Below are positions 21,371-31,418 of a stretch of 64,000 nucleotides of DNA, in pieces. A program made the translations under genes and the position numbers. Each line of letters starts with the position of its first letter. The first letter of the stretch is position 1. This DNA is from Limnothrix sp. BL-A-16 (GTDB lineage: Bacteria; Cyanobacteriota; Cyanobacteriia; CACIAM-69d). The stretch covers positions 4,384,001 to 4,448,000 of the forward strand of contig CP166615.1 of the NCBI GenBank assembly GCA_041937175.2, given 5' to 3'. Below the pieces are notes generated by a model that was given only the letters and a program-made list of their open reading frames with translations, was not told where the DNA came from and ran no database searches.

Positions 21371-21623
21371 GTGCTCAATTGGTCTTTAATTAGGCTTTGA
21401 AATTCAGGACTCTAAATCCAACATCAAATTCAGCACCTCGATCAAGCTCTCCGGTTCAATCAAATTCTCAAGTTGATTGTTCTAAGTTAAGCTTCCAAGT
21501 TGAACTACCAAATTAGGTTTCTAGTTTCAGATTAAATCAATGAGCAAACGGAATCTAGAAATTAGGTTAGAGAATGTCTAAAAAGCGAGAACTACTACCT
21601 TTTGGGTTACACCGATCGACAAA

Positions 21624-21783
21624 GACAAGGGGCTTAGGGCTTGTCGTCGTTGAACCCGAAACCCTAGATCTGCCGTGGATCGTGGGGGACAAGGGGCTTG
21701 AGCATCTTGTTACGACGATTAGGGTACGGAAGATCAGCCGTTTCAGTATCACCTCGAAAAATGACGACACCCCCTAAGCCCCT
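21624..21783. repeat. ~160-bp element with imperfect 24-bp terminal inverted repeats (REP/MITE-like)
   Basis: The left arm 21628-21651 AGGGGCTTAGGGCTTGTCGTCGTT matches the reverse complement of 21760-21783 (AGGGGCTTAGGGGGTGTCGTCATT) with 3 mismatches. A second GACAAGGGGCTT copy lies at 21688. Confidence 0.55.
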
Positions 21784-21938
21784 CGCCCCTAAGGCTACTA
21801 GCACCTTTTCAACTAGCCCAAGTTACTTTTCAAGCATCTTCTTAGGTCAATCAAATTAGATCAATCGAAATAATTTCATGAAAATTCTGGGCAAACGAAA
21901 CGCTGAATCAAAGCCGAATTAAAACAGGGGCTGGCACC

Positions 21939-22688
21939 ATGCGATCGATTACTTGCCGATTTGAGTGTGTGAACATTGCCAACTACGTTGACGTTGCACC
22001 CTATCGATCGCAACTGCTCTCGCCTGCGGAGTTGGACTATTTTGAAAAGCTGCCTGTTTTGAGGCGGCGGATGTCGTACTTGATGGGGCGAATGGCGGCC
22101 AAAGGGGCTTTGGTTCAATTAATTGGGGATTGTGACTATCGATCGATCTCCATCGAACCAGGTAGCTTTGGGCAGCCGGTGGTGCGGTATGGAGGGCAGG
22201 AGCCGTTTGAAGTGAGCATCGCCCACGATTCTGGCCAGGCCGTCGCGGTGGCTTTTGAGGCGGGCTACCCCGTGGGCATTGATGTGGAGACCTTTAATCC
22301 CGCGCTTTATCAAACTTTGATTGATGCGGTTCCAGATTCCGAAAAAAGCTGGTGTGACAGAACCTTTCATCAATATCCTCAATATCCCCAGCGGCTATTG
22401 GCCCTTTGGACTTTAAAAGAAGCCCTATCAAAAGTGTTGCGCTGCGGCATGACTGTGCCGATGGAGCTGTTGTCGATCGCGGATTTGCAATGCATTTTCC
22501 CCAATCACTATCGAGCCAGCTTTCGGCACTTTGCCCAATATCAAGCTCACCTGTGGATTGCTGATCAAACCGTGCTTTCGGTGGTCTTTCCGCGACAAAC
22601 GGAAATTAATTTCGATCCTTTTCAACAATCATGGTTTAGCCAAAATGCTCTCCATCCAATGGTTGACTCATTCGACTTGGCGGGATGA
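21939..22688 (+). CDS. Sfp-type 4'-phosphopantetheinyl transferase
   Basis: LSPAELDYF, SYLMGRMAAKGAL, GSFGQP, VSIAH, PVGIDVE and WTLKEALSK. Confidence 0.9.
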   Translation: MRSITCRFECVNIANYVDVAPYRSQLLSPAELDYFEKLPVLRRRMSYLMGRMAAKGALVQLIGDCDYRSISIEPGSFGQPVVRYGGQEPFEVSIAHDSGQAVAVAFEAGYPVGIDVETFNPALYQTLIDAVPDSEKSWCDRTFHQYPQYPQRLLALWTLKEALSKVLRCGMTVPMELLSIADLQCIFPNHYRASFRHFAQYQAHLWIADQTVLSVVFPRQTEINFDPFQQSWFSQNALHPMVDSFDLAG

Positions 22689-22772
22689 GTTGGCAGCCTC
22701 ATCCCAATCGCCCTAATCGCTTCAGTAATGACTGCCTCACGAAAAATTAAAGCTGATTTGAGATACCCCACC

Positions 22773-25700
22773 ATGACTCAAGATATCGCTGTAATTGGTT
22801 TGGCTGGTCGCTTTCCTGGGGCGGCGGATATTGATGAATTTTGGGGCAATTTGGCGGCAGGGGTGAACTCGATCGGGGAAATTCCGCCCGATCGCTGGGA
22901 TCACCAAGCCTACCGCGAACAAACGGGCAATAAATGGGGCGGTTTCCTAAAGGATTGGCGATCGTTTGATGCGGGATTTTTTGCCATTTCCCCCCGAGAA
23001 GCCAAGTACATGGATCCTCAACAGCGGTTGCTATTGGAGGTGGCTTGGCATTGCGTGGAAGAAGCCGGCCTGTCCTTAGCCTCGCTCCGTCAGCAGCCAA
23101 CAGGGGTCTATCTGGGTGCGATGACCATGGACTATTGGCAAGTCACGACGGATCCTCAGGTGGAAATTGATGGGTTTTCGGGGCTAGGCAGCTACAGTTG
23201 CATTCTGTCGAATCGGCTGTCCCATGTGTTGGGTCTCAGCGGCCCGAGCTTGACCCTGGACACGGCCTGCTCTTCGTCTTTGGTGGCCATCCATTTGGCT
23301 CGGCAGGCGTTGCTATCGGGTGAATGTGAATTGGCCTTTGCGGGTGGGGTGACCCTCAACCATCGTCCTTGGAAGCATCTGTCATTTTCCCGCGCAAGGA
23401 TGCTGAGTCCAACGGGTCAATGCCGCACGTTTGATGCTCAGGCCGATGGCTATGTGCCCGGCGAAGGCTGTGGGGTGCTGTTGCTTCAGCCCCTGGAACG
23501 GGCGATCGCCCAGAATCGCCGGATCTTTGGGGTGATTCGGGGCAGCGCCGTGAACCATTCGGCGGTGGGTGAGTCGATCACAGCCCCCAACGTGGGACGA
23601 CAGGCCCGACTGTTGAAGGCGGCCTACGCCGATGCCCAAGTGGATCCGGCCACGGTGACCTATGTGGAAGCCCATGGCACGGGAACTTCCCTGGGTGACC
23701 CGATCGAGATGGAGGCCCTTTCCCAGGCCTTCCGCACCACGGCCAAGGCGATCGGCTATTGCCAGGTGGGTTCCGTGAAAACCAACATCGGCCATTTGGA
23801 AGCGGCGGCGGGAATTGCCGGGGTGATCAAGGTCTTGATGATGTTGCAGCATCGCCAGATTCCCGCCAGCTTGAACTTAACGACTCCCAACCCGCTCATC
23901 GACTTCACCACCTCTCCCTTTGTGCCAGCGGTGGCGCTTGGTTCCTGGGAACCGGCGGCGGTGGATTTGCCGTTGCGAGCGGGGGTGAGTTCCTTCGGCT
24001 TTGGGGGCAGCAATGCCCACTTGGTGTTGGAAGAGCCGCCCCGGTTGCCCGTTGTGGCCGAGGGCGCTGGATCGCCGTTGGCGTTGGCGACAGGGGATCC
24101 GGGCCAAGGGGCCCCGGAGATGGGCGATCGGGCAACGGCCGTGATTCCCTTCCTGTTGTCTGCCAAATCAGCACGTAGCTTGGCCGCCTTGGTGGCTCAG
24201 TGGGGCCAGGAAGGGGCGCAACGGGTGGCCGCAGCCGACTTGGGGACGATCGCGGCGAACCTGGCCCTGGGGCGCGAGAGTTTGCCTTGGCGATTTGGTT
24301 GTTTGGCCAGCAGTTGGGCCGATGTGCAGCGGGCGTTGGCGCAATTTGAGCTGCCGTCTCAACCCGTGGCGGCGACGGTGGAAACGCCTTCGGAGGCGCG
24401 ATCGACCTTGGGCCGGCTGGTGCAAGATCCCGAGGCGTTCAAGGCCCTTTGGGCATCGGTGGCGTTGCCGGAGGCCGATTGGGAATCGGTGTTGCAGGTG
24501 GCCCGCACCCTGTGGCGACGGCAAATGACCTTTACGCGCTTTGTGGAAACCTGGCGGCAACCGTTGGCGCAGGCGGGCATTGACCTTGATTCAGTGTTGC
24601 AAGCTCCATTGCAATCAGAATCCTCATCCCCATTGCGATCGGCGGTACTGCAATCGGACTCACTGCGATCGAACGCACCTCACCCAGAGCATCGAATTTT
24701 GGTGTTTGTGGCAATTCGCAGCAGCTTGGCTCGCCTGTGCCAAAAGTGGGATTTGACCGATCGCTATCCCACGGGGTCGGCGGCCTTGGCGGAATTGGCG
24801 CGGGCCTTCACGGTGGGGGTGCTGGATCCGGCCATGGATTGGCCGGTTTTGCTGTCGGGATTGCTGCCCGATCGCCCGCGATCGGTGGCAGAGTTGCCCG
24901 AGGCGCTGGCTCCCGAGGATGGGGGAAGTTCGGTGCAGTCGGCCCTGGCGGCCTGGCTGGCGGGCCGCCCGGTGGATTGGTCAGCCCATTTCCCGGCCAC
25001 CTATCCCAAATTGTCCCTGCCGCGCTATCCCTTCGATCGCCAGTTGTATTGGCTCTTTCCCAAAACATCCGAGGGCGATCGGCCGGCTCCGTTGCCCGCT
25101 GCCACGGCGGCCCGTGAGGTGCTGCCCTCCTCCGGGGCCTCGTCGGAGCGCTGGGAACAGGTGTTTCCCGAAACAGATTTGGTGCTGCGATCGCACTTTT
25201 TAAATGGGCGCTGGATTTTGCCCGCCGCCAGCTTCATTGGCTTGGCCTGGGATGCGGTGACCCGATCGCTGGGGCGATCGCCCGGATTGCTAACAGAGAT
25301 TACCTTGCACCAGGCCGTGGCCTTGGGGGTGGGGGATGCGGAGGCCGTGACCTTGGGGGCCCAGGTGGAGTTGCCGAATCGGGTTCAGGTTTGGCAGCGC
25401 GATCGCCTGATTTTGAGCGCCACCTTTACGGATTCATCCTCAGAGTTGCCCCTCGATCAAGTGGCCGGGCGATCGCCGGATTCCCACGCGGTGGGCCGTG
25501 ATGGGGTGGGCGAGATTTCGGGAACGGCCATTTATGCCGCCTTGCGATCGCGCGGCTATCAGTATGGAAGAGCCTTGCAGGTGATCCATCAGGCCCAAAT
25601 CACCGATGAAGTAGCTACCTTCCAACTGCAAGCCCCCAATCGCACCGCCTTCTTGGATGGGATTTTGCAAGCGGCCGTGTATTTACACCAGCAATGGTTT

Positions 25701-28700
25701 GCGGAACGGGGCGGCGATCCTCGAGATTTTGTTGTGCCGGGGCAAGTGGTGGGCTGTTGGTGGGGATCCCAGTTGCAAGCCCAGTGGGAATCGTCATCCG
25801 CTTCAGCAATTTCCCCCACAGCATCGCCCGATCGATCCGCCGATCTGGAGACTGGCGAGCCTTCATCCTGGGTCACCGTGCGGTTTGAGCGCCAACAATG
25901 CCGGGCCCAGGCCACCGAAAGCCAGTTTTCGGCGATCGCGATCGGGACGGATGGCCGCCCCCTGGCCATGATTCGGGAGTTAACCCTGGCGGCGGCCCCC
26001 TTGCTTGCGCCGGAGGTGTCCTACTTTGAAACCGACTGGACTGTTTTGCCCGCCGCCACTGCATCCCCAACTCAGGCCACTGCCGCGCCGACGATCATCT
26101 TTGCCCAGGGGGCTGCTTGGGGCTTGGCCTTACGCCAACGGCTGCGATCGCAGGGAATTGAGGCTCAGTTGTGCCTAGCCGGTTCAACCTTTGAGGTTTT
26201 GGGCGATCGGGTTTGCCAGTGGGATTGGACAGATCCAGACCAAGTGCGCCAGGGCCTGACGCATCTGTTGGCTCCCGAGCAATTCCGGGCGATCGCAGGG
26301 GCCGACGCGATCGACTCGCCTCTTTCTCCAACCCTGGTCTATTGGGTCACGGCTCCCCCGGCGGCGGGGTCAGGTCATGGACTCCGGGGCGATCGGGATT
26401 GGGTCACCCAAGCCGAAGCCGATTTGAACCAGGGCGTGCGTGGTTGTTTTCTGTTCTTGCAGCGGTGGGCGAAAGTGCGCCCCGCCGATCCGCTCCAGCT
26501 TTTGGCCGTGACCTTTGATGCCCAAGCTGTGACCCCGAGCGATCGGGTTTTGGGGTTTGCCACGGCGGGGATTGATGCCTTGGGGCGCACGGTGGCCCTG
26601 GAGTTGCCCCAAATCCGCCTGAAATCCCTGGACTTGGCGTTGGGACTAACCGTTGGGGAAGCCAGCGCCATGATCGCGGCGGAAGCGGCGACCCCTTGGG
26701 AGCATGATCGCGTGGCCTATCGCGGGGGCGATCGCTATGGGGCCGAGTTGCGGGCAGTGGCCCCCGGATCTGCGCCTCCCTTGCCGGTTTCAGTCCTGGA
26801 GCCGGGATCTTGCATTTTAATCACCGGTGGGAGTGGGGCCTTGGCCGCAGAGGTGGCCGAGGCGATCGCGCTGCAAACGGCCGTTCATTTTCTGCTGGTG
26901 GGTCGATCACCCCGCCGGGCCCAAACTGACCAACTGATCGCCCTGCTGGAATCCTTGGGATCCACGGCGGATTATTTGCAAGTAGACCTGTGCCAAGAAG
27001 CCGACCTCGATCGACTCACAGAGACCCTGAAAACCACCCACCGCGCCATTCACGGCGTGATTCATACGGCTGGGCAATTAGACGATCGGCTGTTCCATGC
27101 CCAAACCCTCGCCTCCCTCGATCGGCTGATTGCTCCCAAGTTCCTTGGGGCCTTGCGCTTGGAACAACGGTTGCAGGATCAGCCCGTGGCCTTTTGGTTG
27201 GGATTTTCCTCAATCACCGTGGCGGCCGGCAACCCTGGACAGGCGAACTACGTGGTGGCGAATCGGCTGCTGGAAGCCTTTTGTGCTTACCGCGATCGCC
27301 ATTGGCCCGGACGCGCCGGGGCGATTCAGTGGGGCCTGTGGCGATCGCGCGGCATGGGAGCCACCGACATGCTGGCCGAGCGGTTCCAGCGATCGGGCAT
27401 GGAACCCTTTAGCGCGGCAGCCGGTCGGTTTGCCTTCCTTGATGTGCTGACCAGCGATCGCCCTCAGCCCGTCCTGGTCACCGGTAAAGGCACGGACGCA
27501 ACCATCTTTGAGCGCTTCTCCCGATCGCGCCCCGCTCCGAATGTGGCCCCAGCCTTGCCTGCTCCCCTGACCCCGGCGGCGATCGCCCCATCTGCTCCGC
27601 CGCCCCAGCCCACCCCCTCGATCGCCACCATCGAGCAAGAATTGGCCGCCCTGGTTGCCCGCACCCTGAACACCGATCCCCAATCCGTGCCCCGTCAGGA
27701 AGGGTTTTTCAGCCTGGGTCTGGAGTCCTTGATGATTGAGGAAATTGTGGCAACCCTCGAAAAGCAATATTCCGGCCTGCGGCCCACCGTCCTGTTTGAC
27801 TATCCGAACATCAAAGTGCTGGCCACCCACCTGGCCCAGCTAACCGCGCCCGCTGGATCCACCACCGCGCCGGCCACTCCATCTCCGGCGGCCCCCTCTC
27901 CATTGGCCTCAGTTCCTAGCCCGGTCGCGCCAGCCCCAACCCAGGTCACCCGATCGCCCAATCCTGTACCCTTCCTGGGGCCGCAAGCTTTGGCCGCCAA
28001 AGCTCCCGATCTCAAGACTTCCGATATTCAAGCTCCTGAGGTGAAGGCCCCTGAGGCGAAGGTTCCTGACACCGGAGCCACCAACACTCAGGCCCCCATC
28101 CCCCAAACCCAGAGCCTGGAGTTGCCCGATCGGCAGCGGCCCCCCGGTGGCTATGACATCGCGATTATTGGGATCGATGGTTGCTATCCCCAGTCTCCTG
28201 ACCTGGAGACCTTTTGGCAAAACCTGTATCAAGGGCGATCGTGCGTCACGGAAGTGCCCGCCAACCGTTGGGATTACCAGCCGTACTTTGCGGAAACCAA
28301 ACAGCCCAATCGCACCTATGGCAAGTGGGGCGGCTTTATCCCGGGGGTTGAAGAATTTGACCCGCTGTTTTTTAACATTGCGCCCAAGGAAGCCAAGCAA
28401 ATTGACCCCCAAGCGCGGCTGTTTCTCCAGTCGGTTTGGCACACGATGGAAAATGCGGGCTATGGCAGCCGTCAATCGCGCCGGGGAGAACGGGTTGGCC
28501 TCTTTGTTGGGGCCATGTGGCACGACTATTCCCACGTGGCGCGGGATTTAAGTTGGAGTGCCGATCAGCCCAGTGGCGCTGGGGCCTTGTTTTGGATTAT
28601 TGCCAACCGGGTTTCCCATTTCCTGGATTTCACGGGGCCCAGTTTGGCGATCGATACCGCTTGTTCTTCGTCCCTGACGGCGATTCACTTGGCTTGCCAG

Positions 28701-31418
28701 AGTTTGCTGGCCGGCGACTGCACGATGGCGGTGGCCGGGGGCGTGAGCCTCACCTTGCACCCATTCCGCTATCTCTACCTCAGTCAATGGGGCTTTTTAT
28801 CCCGCGATGGCCGTTGCCGCAGTTTTGGGGAGGGAGGCGATGGCTATGTGCCGGGCGAGGGCGTGGGGGCCGTGTTGCTCAAGCCCTTGGCCCAGGCCCG
28901 GGCAGATGGTGACTTCATTTGGGGCGTAATCCGGGGCAGTGGCATTAACCACGGCGGCCGGGTGAATGGCTTTACGGTTCCCAGCGGGCCGGCCCAAACG
29001 GAGTCGATCGAGCGATCGCTGGCGGCGGCGGGCATCCAGTTTGGAGACTTGCAGTATGTGGAATGTCACGGCACGGGCACGGCCCTGGGCGATCCGATCG
29101 AAGTGGGTGGGCTGGCCACCGTGGCCCAACGGCAGGGATATCAGGGCGATCAAATTCCCCTGGGTTCCGTCAAGTCCAACATTGGGCATTTGGAAGCCGC
29201 GTCGGGTATCGCGGGCCTAACCAAGGTTTTGCTGGCCATGCGCCATGACACCATCCCCGGCACGCTGCATTGCAACCCGCCGAATCCCAATATTGCCTTT
29301 TCGGAACTGCCTTTTCGGGTTCTGGCCCAAGCGCAACCTTGGCCCAAGGGCGATCGCCCCCGGTTTTCCTGCGTGAATAGCTTTGGAGCCGGTGGATCCA
29401 ATGCCCATTTAATTGTGGAAGATTGGCCAACCCTACAGCCAAAACCCAGCAGCGCCGGCCCCTGGTTAATTGTCCTGAGTGCCCGCACGGTCAATCAACT
29501 CACGCAACAGGCCAGCCAACTGCATCGCCATCTGCGCACCGAGCGGCCGAACCTGGATGATGTGGCTTGGACGCTGCAAGGGGGGCGCGAACCCCTCGCG
29601 GAACGCCTGGCCCTGGTGGCCGATCGGCTGGACACCCTGTTAGAGCAGCTTGCAACGTTTCGCCAAGGCCAGCTCCCCGCTGGCGGATGGCGAGGCCAGG
29701 TGCTGGCGGGGGCCGACCCCATTCCCGCGCCCGTCCTGCCCGAATCTGGGATGCCCACGGCTGCCACGCTGGCATTGCTCGCCCAGGCCTGGACTCAGGG
29801 GGCTGAAATTGACTGGCAACGGCTGCGATCGCCCGGGAGTCAACGGATTCCCCTGCCGGGCTATCCCTTTGCCAAGGATGCCTATTGGCTCACCAGCGCC
29901 GCGCCGCCGCCGTTCCCCCCGCAAGGGTCATCCCCAGTTCAAGCCCAAGTTCAAGCCCAAACTGCGTCTCCAACCAACTCGCAGCCCATGCCCCCAGCGG
30001 CAGCGCCTTCGCCTACTGGGCGATCGACCGTTTCCGGCGATGACGGGGCGATCGCGATTATTGGCATGGGCTGCCACTTTCCCAACGCCCACAACCCCGC
30101 CGAATTTTGGGCCAACCTGCTAGCGGGCCGCAGCAGCATTGAGGAATTGCCGCCCGATTTTTGGCATCGGCCCGCATCATCGGAAATGTCATCGTTTTCT
30201 GACTTGCAAGGCGCGATCGATCCCAACGCCACCGGCACGCCCCCGCGCTGGGCTGGCCGGATCACCCCCCGTTCCCTTTCTCAGTTTTCGGATCTCTGGC
30301 CCGATGGTATGACCCAGACTTTGGATCCGGGCAGCGCGGAACTGCTCAGTATTTTTGCGGAGACGCTCCAGGATGCTGGCTATGGCGTGGGAGATTGGCG
30401 GGGCGAGTCCGTGGGTTTATTTGTGAGCACAGGGGTCACTTTTGCTCCCGGTTTGACCGCCCAATTGTTGGGTTGGCGCGGCCCCAGTCTGGTATTGAAC
30501 GCTACGGATTCCGCATCCCTTGGGGCCTTGCATCTCGCCTGTCAAAGCCTGCGCAGCGGAGAATGCCACGTTGCCATGGTGGCCGGTTTGCATCTGCTGG
30601 AATCGGGCCAGCTCCCTGCCAGTTGGGCGGCGGCCAAGCTTCTGTCCCTTGACGGCCAACATCGGGCCTTTGATGCAGCGGCCAAGGGCGCGGTGCTCGG
30701 AGAAGGAGGCGGGGCCCTGTTGCTCCGGCCCCTGAGCCAGGCGATCGCGGAGGGCGATCGAATCTATGCGGTCATTGAAAGTTCTGCGATCGCCCAAGAT
30801 AGCCCTCCCTTTGGACTGCCCCTGCCCACCGTCACCGGCCAGCAACGGGTGATTGAACAGGCTTGGGCCCGATCGGGTCTGGATCCAGCCGCCTTGGGCT
30901 ACCTCGAAGCGCACGGTTTAGCCACCCCCCTAAGCGACCCCGTGGAACTGAAGGCCCTTTCCCAGGCTATTCGCCAACACACCGCCGCTACCCAGTTCTG
31001 TGCGATCGGCTGCGTGAAAAGCAATATTGGCCACCTGCTCAGCGCGGCGGGTATTGCCAGCCTGATCAAAACCGCCCTGATTTTGCATCACGGCCAAATT
31101 CCACCCACCTTGCACTGTGACCAACCTCACCCGCGCCTGAACCTGGAACAATCTCCATTCTTTTTGGCGCGTCAGGCTCAGCCCTGGCCATCTCAGCACC
31201 CCATCCGTCGAGCAGCGGTTAGCTCCTTTGGCCTGGATGGCAGCAATAGCCACGCGATCCTGCGGGACTTTTCCCCCATGGCCGCCATGGCTTCCGAATT
31301 CCGAACTCCCCAGGAATCCCAGTCCCGATCGGCCCCAGTGGCCGCCGGGCGATCGGCCGCCTCGCCTTCCTATCCTGCCCTGCTGAGTTTTCAGGAACTA
31401 ACCGTCAGCAAGGCTTGA
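22773..31418 (+). CDS. Trans-AT PKS 1: KS1-(AT relic)-DH-KR-ACP-KS2-KS3(0)
   Basis: KS1 and KS2 each have DTACSSSL/HGTGT/NIGH. DH: HFLNGRWILP...DGILQ. KR: GGSGAL, LDD, GQANY. ACP: GLESL. KS3 has NATDSASL (no Cys), HGLAT and KSNIGH. No intact AT. Probable ATG 22773; the track uses 22728. Confidence 0.93.
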   Translation: MTQDIAVIGLAGRFPGAADIDEFWGNLAAGVNSIGEIPPDRWDHQAYREQTGNKWGGFLKDWRSFDAGFFAISPREAKYMDPQQRLLLEVAWHCVEEAGLSLASLRQQPTGVYLGAMTMDYWQVTTDPQVEIDGFSGLGSYSCILSNRLSHVLGLSGPSLTLDTACSSSLVAIHLARQALLSGECELAFAGGVTLNHRPWKHLSFSRARMLSPTGQCRTFDAQADGYVPGEGCGVLLLQPLERAIAQNRRIFGVIRGSAVNHSAVGESITAPNVGRQARLLKAAYADAQVDPATVTYVEAHGTGTSLGDPIEMEALSQAFRTTAKAIGYCQVGSVKTNIGHLEAAAGIAGVIKVLMMLQHRQIPASLNLTTPNPLIDFTTSPFVPAVALGSWEPAAVDLPLRAGVSSFGFGGSNAHLVLEEPPRLPVVAEGAGSPLALATGDPGQGAPEMGDRATAVIPFLLSAKSARSLAALVAQWGQEGAQRVAAADLGTIAANLALGRESLPWRFGCLASSWADVQRALAQFELPSQPVAATVETPSEARSTLGRLVQDPEAFKALWASVALPEADWESVLQVARTLWRRQMTFTRFVETWRQPLAQAGIDLDSVLQAPLQSESSSPLRSAVLQSDSLRSNAPHPEHRILVFVAIRSSLARLCQKWDLTDRYPTGSAALAELARAFTVGVLDPAMDWPVLLSGLLPDRPRSVAELPEALAPEDGGSSVQSALAAWLAGRPVDWSAHFPATYPKLSLPRYPFDRQLYWLFPKTSEGDRPAPLPAATAAREVLPSSGASSERWEQVFPETDLVLRSHFLNGRWILPAASFIGLAWDAVTRSLGRSPGLLTEITLHQAVALGVGDAEAVTLGAQVELPNRVQVWQRDRLILSATFTDSSSELPLDQVAGRSPDSHAVGRDGVGEISGTAIYAALRSRGYQYGRALQVIHQAQITDEVATFQLQAPNRTAFLDGILQAAVYLHQQWFAERGGDPRDFVVPGQVVGCWWGSQLQAQWESSSASAISPTASPDRSADLETGEPSSWVTVRFERQQCRAQATESQFSAIAIGTDGRPLAMIRELTLAAAPLLAPEVSYFETDWTVLPAATASPTQATAAPTIIFAQGAAWGLALRQRLRSQGIEAQLCLAGSTFEVLGDRVCQWDWTDPDQVRQGLTHLLAPEQFRAIAGADAIDSPLSPTLVYWVTAPPAAGSGHGLRGDRDWVTQAEADLNQGVRGCFLFLQRWAKVRPADPLQLLAVTFDAQAVTPSDRVLGFATAGIDALGRTVALELPQIRLKSLDLALGLTVGEASAMIAAEAATPWEHDRVAYRGGDRYGAELRAVAPGSAPPLPVSVLEPGSCILITGGSGALAAEVAEAIALQTAVHFLLVGRSPRRAQTDQLIALLESLGSTADYLQVDLCQEADLDRLTETLKTTHRAIHGVIHTAGQLDDRLFHAQTLASLDRLIAPKFLGALRLEQRLQDQPVAFWLGFSSITVAAGNPGQANYVVANRLLEAFCAYRDRHWPGRAGAIQWGLWRSRGMGATDMLAERFQRSGMEPFSAAAGRFAFLDVLTSDRPQPVLVTGKGTDATIFERFSRSRPAPNVAPALPAPLTPAAIAPSAPPPQPTPSIATIEQELAALVARTLNTDPQSVPRQEGFFSLGLESLMIEEIVATLEKQYSGLRPTVLFDYPNIKVLATHLAQLTAPAGSTTAPATPSPAAPSPLASVPSPVAPAPTQVTRSPNPVPFLGPQALAAKAPDLKTSDIQAPEVKAPEAKVPDTGATNTQAPIPQTQSLELPDRQRPPGGYDIAIIGIDGCYPQSPDLETFWQNLYQGRSCVTEVPANRWDYQPYFAETKQPNRTYGKWGGFIPGVEEFDPLFFNIAPKEAKQIDPQARLFLQSVWHTMENAGYGSRQSRRGERVGLFVGAMWHDYSHVARDLSWSADQPSGAGALFWIIANRVSHFLDFTGPSLAIDTACSSSLTAIHLACQSLLAGDCTMAVAGGVSLTLHPFRYLYLSQWGFLSRDGRCRSFGEGGDGYVPGEGVGAVLLKPLAQARADGDFIWGVIRGSGINHGGRVNGFTVPSGPAQTESIERSLAAAGIQFGDLQYVECHGTGTALGDPIEVGGLATVAQRQGYQGDQIPLGSVKSNIGHLEAASGIAGLTKVLLAMRHDTIPGTLHCNPPNPNIAFSELPFRVLAQAQPWPKGDRPRFSCVNSFGAGGSNAHLIVEDWPTLQPKPSSAGPWLIVLSARTVNQLTQQASQLHRHLRTERPNLDDVAWTLQGGREPLAERLALVADRLDTLLEQLATFRQGQLPAGGWRGQVLAGADPIPAPVLPESGMPTAATLALLAQAWTQGAEIDWQRLRSPGSQRIPLPGYPFAKDAYWLTSAAPPPFPPQGSSPVQAQVQAQTASPTNSQPMPPAAAPSPTGRSTVSGDDGAIAIIGMGCHFPNAHNPAEFWANLLAGRSSIEELPPDFWHRPASSEMSSFSDLQGAIDPNATGTPPRWAGRITPRSLSQFSDLWPDGMTQTLDPGSAELLSIFAETLQDAGYGVGDWRGESVGLFVSTGVTFAPGLTAQLLGWRGPSLVLNATDSASLGALHLACQSLRSGECHVAMVAGLHLLESGQLPASWAAAKLLSLDGQHRAFDAAAKGAVLGEGGGALLLRPLSQAIAEGDRIYAVIESSAIAQDSPPFGLPLPTVTGQQRVIEQAWARSGLDPAALGYLEAHGLATPLSDPVELKALSQAIRQHTAATQFCAIGCVKSNIGHLLSAAGIASLIKTALILHHGQIPPTLHCDQPHPRLNLEQSPFFLARQAQPWPSQHPIRRAAVSSFGLDGSNSHAILRDFSPMAAMASEFRTPQESQSRSAPVAAGRSAASPSYPALLSFQELTVSKA

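Noticed and set aside
21567..21777. Overlapping 67-aa ORFs on both strands
   Set aside because: They coincide with the inverted-repeat element and have no protein features.
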